Part shown: positions 35,468 to 37,560 of the stretch, in pieces
How the letters are laid out: every line of letters begins with the position of its first letter
Numbering within the stretch: position 1 is the stretch's first letter
Source of the DNA: Chiloscyllium plagiosum
Lineage: Eukaryota
Assembly: GCF_004010195.1 (NCBI RefSeq)
Contig: NC_057720.1
Location: 6,313,229-6,350,788 of the forward strand
Direction of reading: 5' to 3'
Length of the DNA: 37,560 bases
Translations under genes and position numbers: made by a program
The notes under the pieces: generated by a model
What the model saw: only the letters and a program-made list of their open reading frames with translations
What the model was told of the DNA's origin: nothing
The model's database searches: none

Positions 35468-36010
35468 GATGCAGAATCGAGAGTGTGGTGCTGGAAAAGC
35501 ATAGCAAGTCAGACAGCATCCGAGGGGCAGAAGAATCGACGTTTCAGTCTAAAGCCCTTCATCAGGAATGAGGGTATAGAAAAAGAGTTTGTTAAGTGTG
35601 TGACTTCTTCTGAGGATGTAAAACAGCAGAGGTCCTTTGCAGTTCTGAGAGAGTGTAGCCCTCAGCTGAGGCAGGGCTGACTGTTGAGAGATTAGGTGGC
35701 AGCGCACGACTGTAAGTGTGGAGTGGAGGATCCGGAAGAAGGACCGTTTCTGGCAATTTTGAATCAGTAGTAGGTATTGGTCGTCCTGTTCAGATCCAAA
35801 CTATGATGGCCTGAATGTAGTGCTGAGTCCATGCGAGATTAGTCGGTTCCATAGGCAGGCACTGAGTAAGGAGATGTGGCTGTGGTAGCGAGTCTGCTTC
35901 AGGACATGGCTGAAGAGCTTCAGGGCAGAGCCGATGACCTGGGGGATTCAGTGTGAGAGAGAGAGACTCACTGAGATCCTTGTACAGAGAGGAGGAGAAC
36001 TTCCTCTGTG
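35468..36010 (-). mobile_element. Internally deleted PLE: putative ORF N-terminus joined to hammerhead-bearing pLTR
   Basis: Minus frame LFSHVLKQTRYHSHISLLSACLWNRLISHGL (H..FL..C....P.GL-like Neptune N-terminal motif), then pLTR at 35468-35575. Confidence 0.7.
35538..35565 (-). ncRNA. Minimal hammerhead ribozyme core (stem II partly decayed)
   Basis: Minus strand CUGAUGA-A-GGGC-UUUA-GACU-GAAACGUC. Confidence 0.68.
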
Positions 36011-36054
36011 AACAGATCCGGTGCCCCACACCTTAGGAAGGATCTACTGACATT

Positions 36055-36133
36055 GGAGGAAGTACACTGCAGGTTTATGGAGGGAGTACATTGTAGGTTT
36101 ATGGAGGGAGTACACTGTAGGTTTATGAAGGGA
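36055..36133. repeat. 24-bp tandem repeat, about 3.3 copies
   Basis: GGAGG(A/G)AGTACA(C/T)TG(C/T)AGGTTTAT at 36055, 36079 and 36103. Confidence 0.93.
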
Positions 36134-36240
36134 TATGGGCTAAAGGCAGGTTAATGGAGTTAGGCCACAGATCAGCCATGATCTCACTGAATGGAAGAAC
36201 GGGCTTGAGGGGTTGAATGGCCTATTCCTGTTCCTACGAT
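36127..36240 (+). mobile_element. CR1 3' UTR fragment
   Basis: AGATCAGCCATGATCTCACTGAATGG..TGAATGGCCTATTCCTGTTCCTA. Confidence 0.8.
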
Positions 36241-36377
36241 GTCATCATTAACCTGTTGATCAATAAATAAGGTTTGCAGTTGCACTGCATAAGAATTCAA
36301 AAAGTTCTCCCTCTTCCTACACACATAACCCACCATCTCAGTATTTGATTAAAGGTAAAAGTAAAGTCTCTGATCGT

Positions 36378-36801
36378 GGAATCATTGAATCATTCAATAC
36401 ATGAAAGTCTTTTCAGCCTCTCAAGTCAATCCTGCTACTCGTCCCTCTTTCCCATGCTAGGCTCATAGCCTTGAATGTTATGGCAATTCAAGTGCTCTTT
36501 ATTGTACTTTTTAAAGGTTGTGAGATTCCCCACCTCAATCACCCTCCCCCACAACCCCACCATCCTCTGAGTGAAAAGCTTTTTCCTCAAGTCCCCTTTG
36601 AACCTCTTGTCTTCTATTTTAAAATGATGCCCCCTTGTTATTGACTCTTCAACTAAGAAGAACAGCTATTTTCTATTCACCCTGTCCATGTCCCTCACGT
36701 TATTATACACCTCAGTCAGGTTCCCCTTGAACGTTTTCTGCTCCTTAGAAAACAGCCTGAGCTTATCCGAATTCCTCTTCATCGCCAAAATGCTCCAACC
36801 T
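36378..36801 (-). mobile_element. Degraded CR1 3' end
   Basis: GAATCATTGAATCATT tail remnant and ORF2-end motifs on the minus strand. Confidence 0.75.
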
Positions 36802-37560
36802 GGGCTTCAGGTATGTAGATATTTGGGATGCTTTCTGGGGAAGGTGGGACCTGTACAAGAAGGACGGGTTGCATCTGAACTGGAAAGGGACCAATGTCCT
36901 GGGTGGAAGGTTTGCTCGAGTAGTTCGAGAGGGTTTAAACTAGTATGGCAGGGGGGTGGGAACCTGAGCTGTATACCGGAGGTGAGAGTTGATGCAGGTG
37001 AGGCAATAGCAAGAGGTAGACCAGCTGGTGGGAAGGATTTTCCTGGGAAGGAACCAAGGGATCAGTTAAAATGTGTTTGCTTTAACGCAAGGAGTATCAG
37101 GAATAAAAGTGATGAACTTAGAGCATGGATCAGTACCTGGTGCTATGTTGTGGCCACAACAGAGACATGGGCTTCTTAGGGGCAGGAATAGTTGCTGGAT
37201 GTTCCAGGGTTTAGAGCATTTAAAAAGAATAGGGAGGGGGGAAAAAGAGGAGGGGTGTAGCACTANNNNNNNNGGGGGAAAAAGAGGAGGGGGTGTAGCA
37301 CTACTAATCAGAGAGGGTATCACAGCTACAGAAGCTTCCATTGTCGAGGAAGATCTGCCTACCGAGTCAGTATGGGTGGAAATTAGGAACAGCAAGGGAG
37401 CAGTCACCTCGTTAGGGGTTTACTACAGGCCCCCAATAGCAGCAGGGAGATGGAAGAAAGCATAGGTCGGCAGATTTTGGAAAAGTGTGGACGTAGTAGG
37501 GTTGTTGTAATGGGTGACTTTAACTTTCCCAATATTGATTGGAACCTCCTTCAAGCAGAA
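36802..37560 (+). mobile_element. CR1 LINE: ORF1 C-terminus (esterase/SGNH-like) and ORF2 endonuclease N-terminus; continues past window end
   Basis: ORF1 36803-36943 GFRYVDIWDAFWGRWDLYKKDGLHLNWKGTNVLGGRFARVVREGLN* (DGLH motif); ORF2 KCVCFNARSIRNK..TETW, GGGVAL, YYRPP, MGDFNFPNIDW. Confidence 0.93.
36934..36940 (+). promoter_or_regulatory. Candidate -1 ribosomal frameshift slippery site U_UUA_AAC
   Basis: X_XXY_YYZ in ORF1 phase immediately before TAG; the -1 frame is the ORF2 endonuclease frame. Confidence 0.6.

Noticed and set aside
36055..36133. 24-bp tandem repeat as a functional element
   Set aside because: Short local duplication adjoining a CR1 3' fragment; nothing indicates function.
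37236..37303. Direct repeat either side of the 8-N gap
   Set aside because: Most likely an unmerged contig overlap (GGGGGAAAAAGAGGAGGGG..TGTAGCACTA duplicated around the Ns).

Overview
Repeat-dense, non-genic eukaryotic DNA from a cartilaginous fish (elasmobranch, judged from HE1-type V-SINEs and shark-type CR1 LINEs), with six N gaps. I cannot support any host protein-coding exon. The long ORFs are retroelement remnants, their antisense frames, or run-throughs of N gaps. Most of the window is nested retroposon debris. It holds many CR1 LINE fragments from several subfamilies with different microsatellite tails, two Rex1/Babar-like LINE fragments, a second CR1/L2-group LINE with a partner SINE, about 13 HE1/V-SINE copies, and about 10 Penelope-like element (PLE) fragments, several of Neptune type. 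Two signals stand out. (1) At least three PLE families carry minimal type I hammerhead-ribozyme cores (CUGANGA-N-stemII-GAAACGUH), several inside short fold-back insertions flanked by 13-16 bp target-site duplications, with the inversion point recurring at the ribozyme. (2) At the CR1 ORF1/ORF2 junction (36934-36943) a U_UUA_AAC slippery heptamer sits in phase directly before the ORF1 stop. ORF2 is in the -1 frame and has no AUG in the retained part of the element, suggesting -1 programmed ribosomal frameshifting. Several AT-rich, repeat-free islands could be conserved non-coding elements, but this needs alignments.
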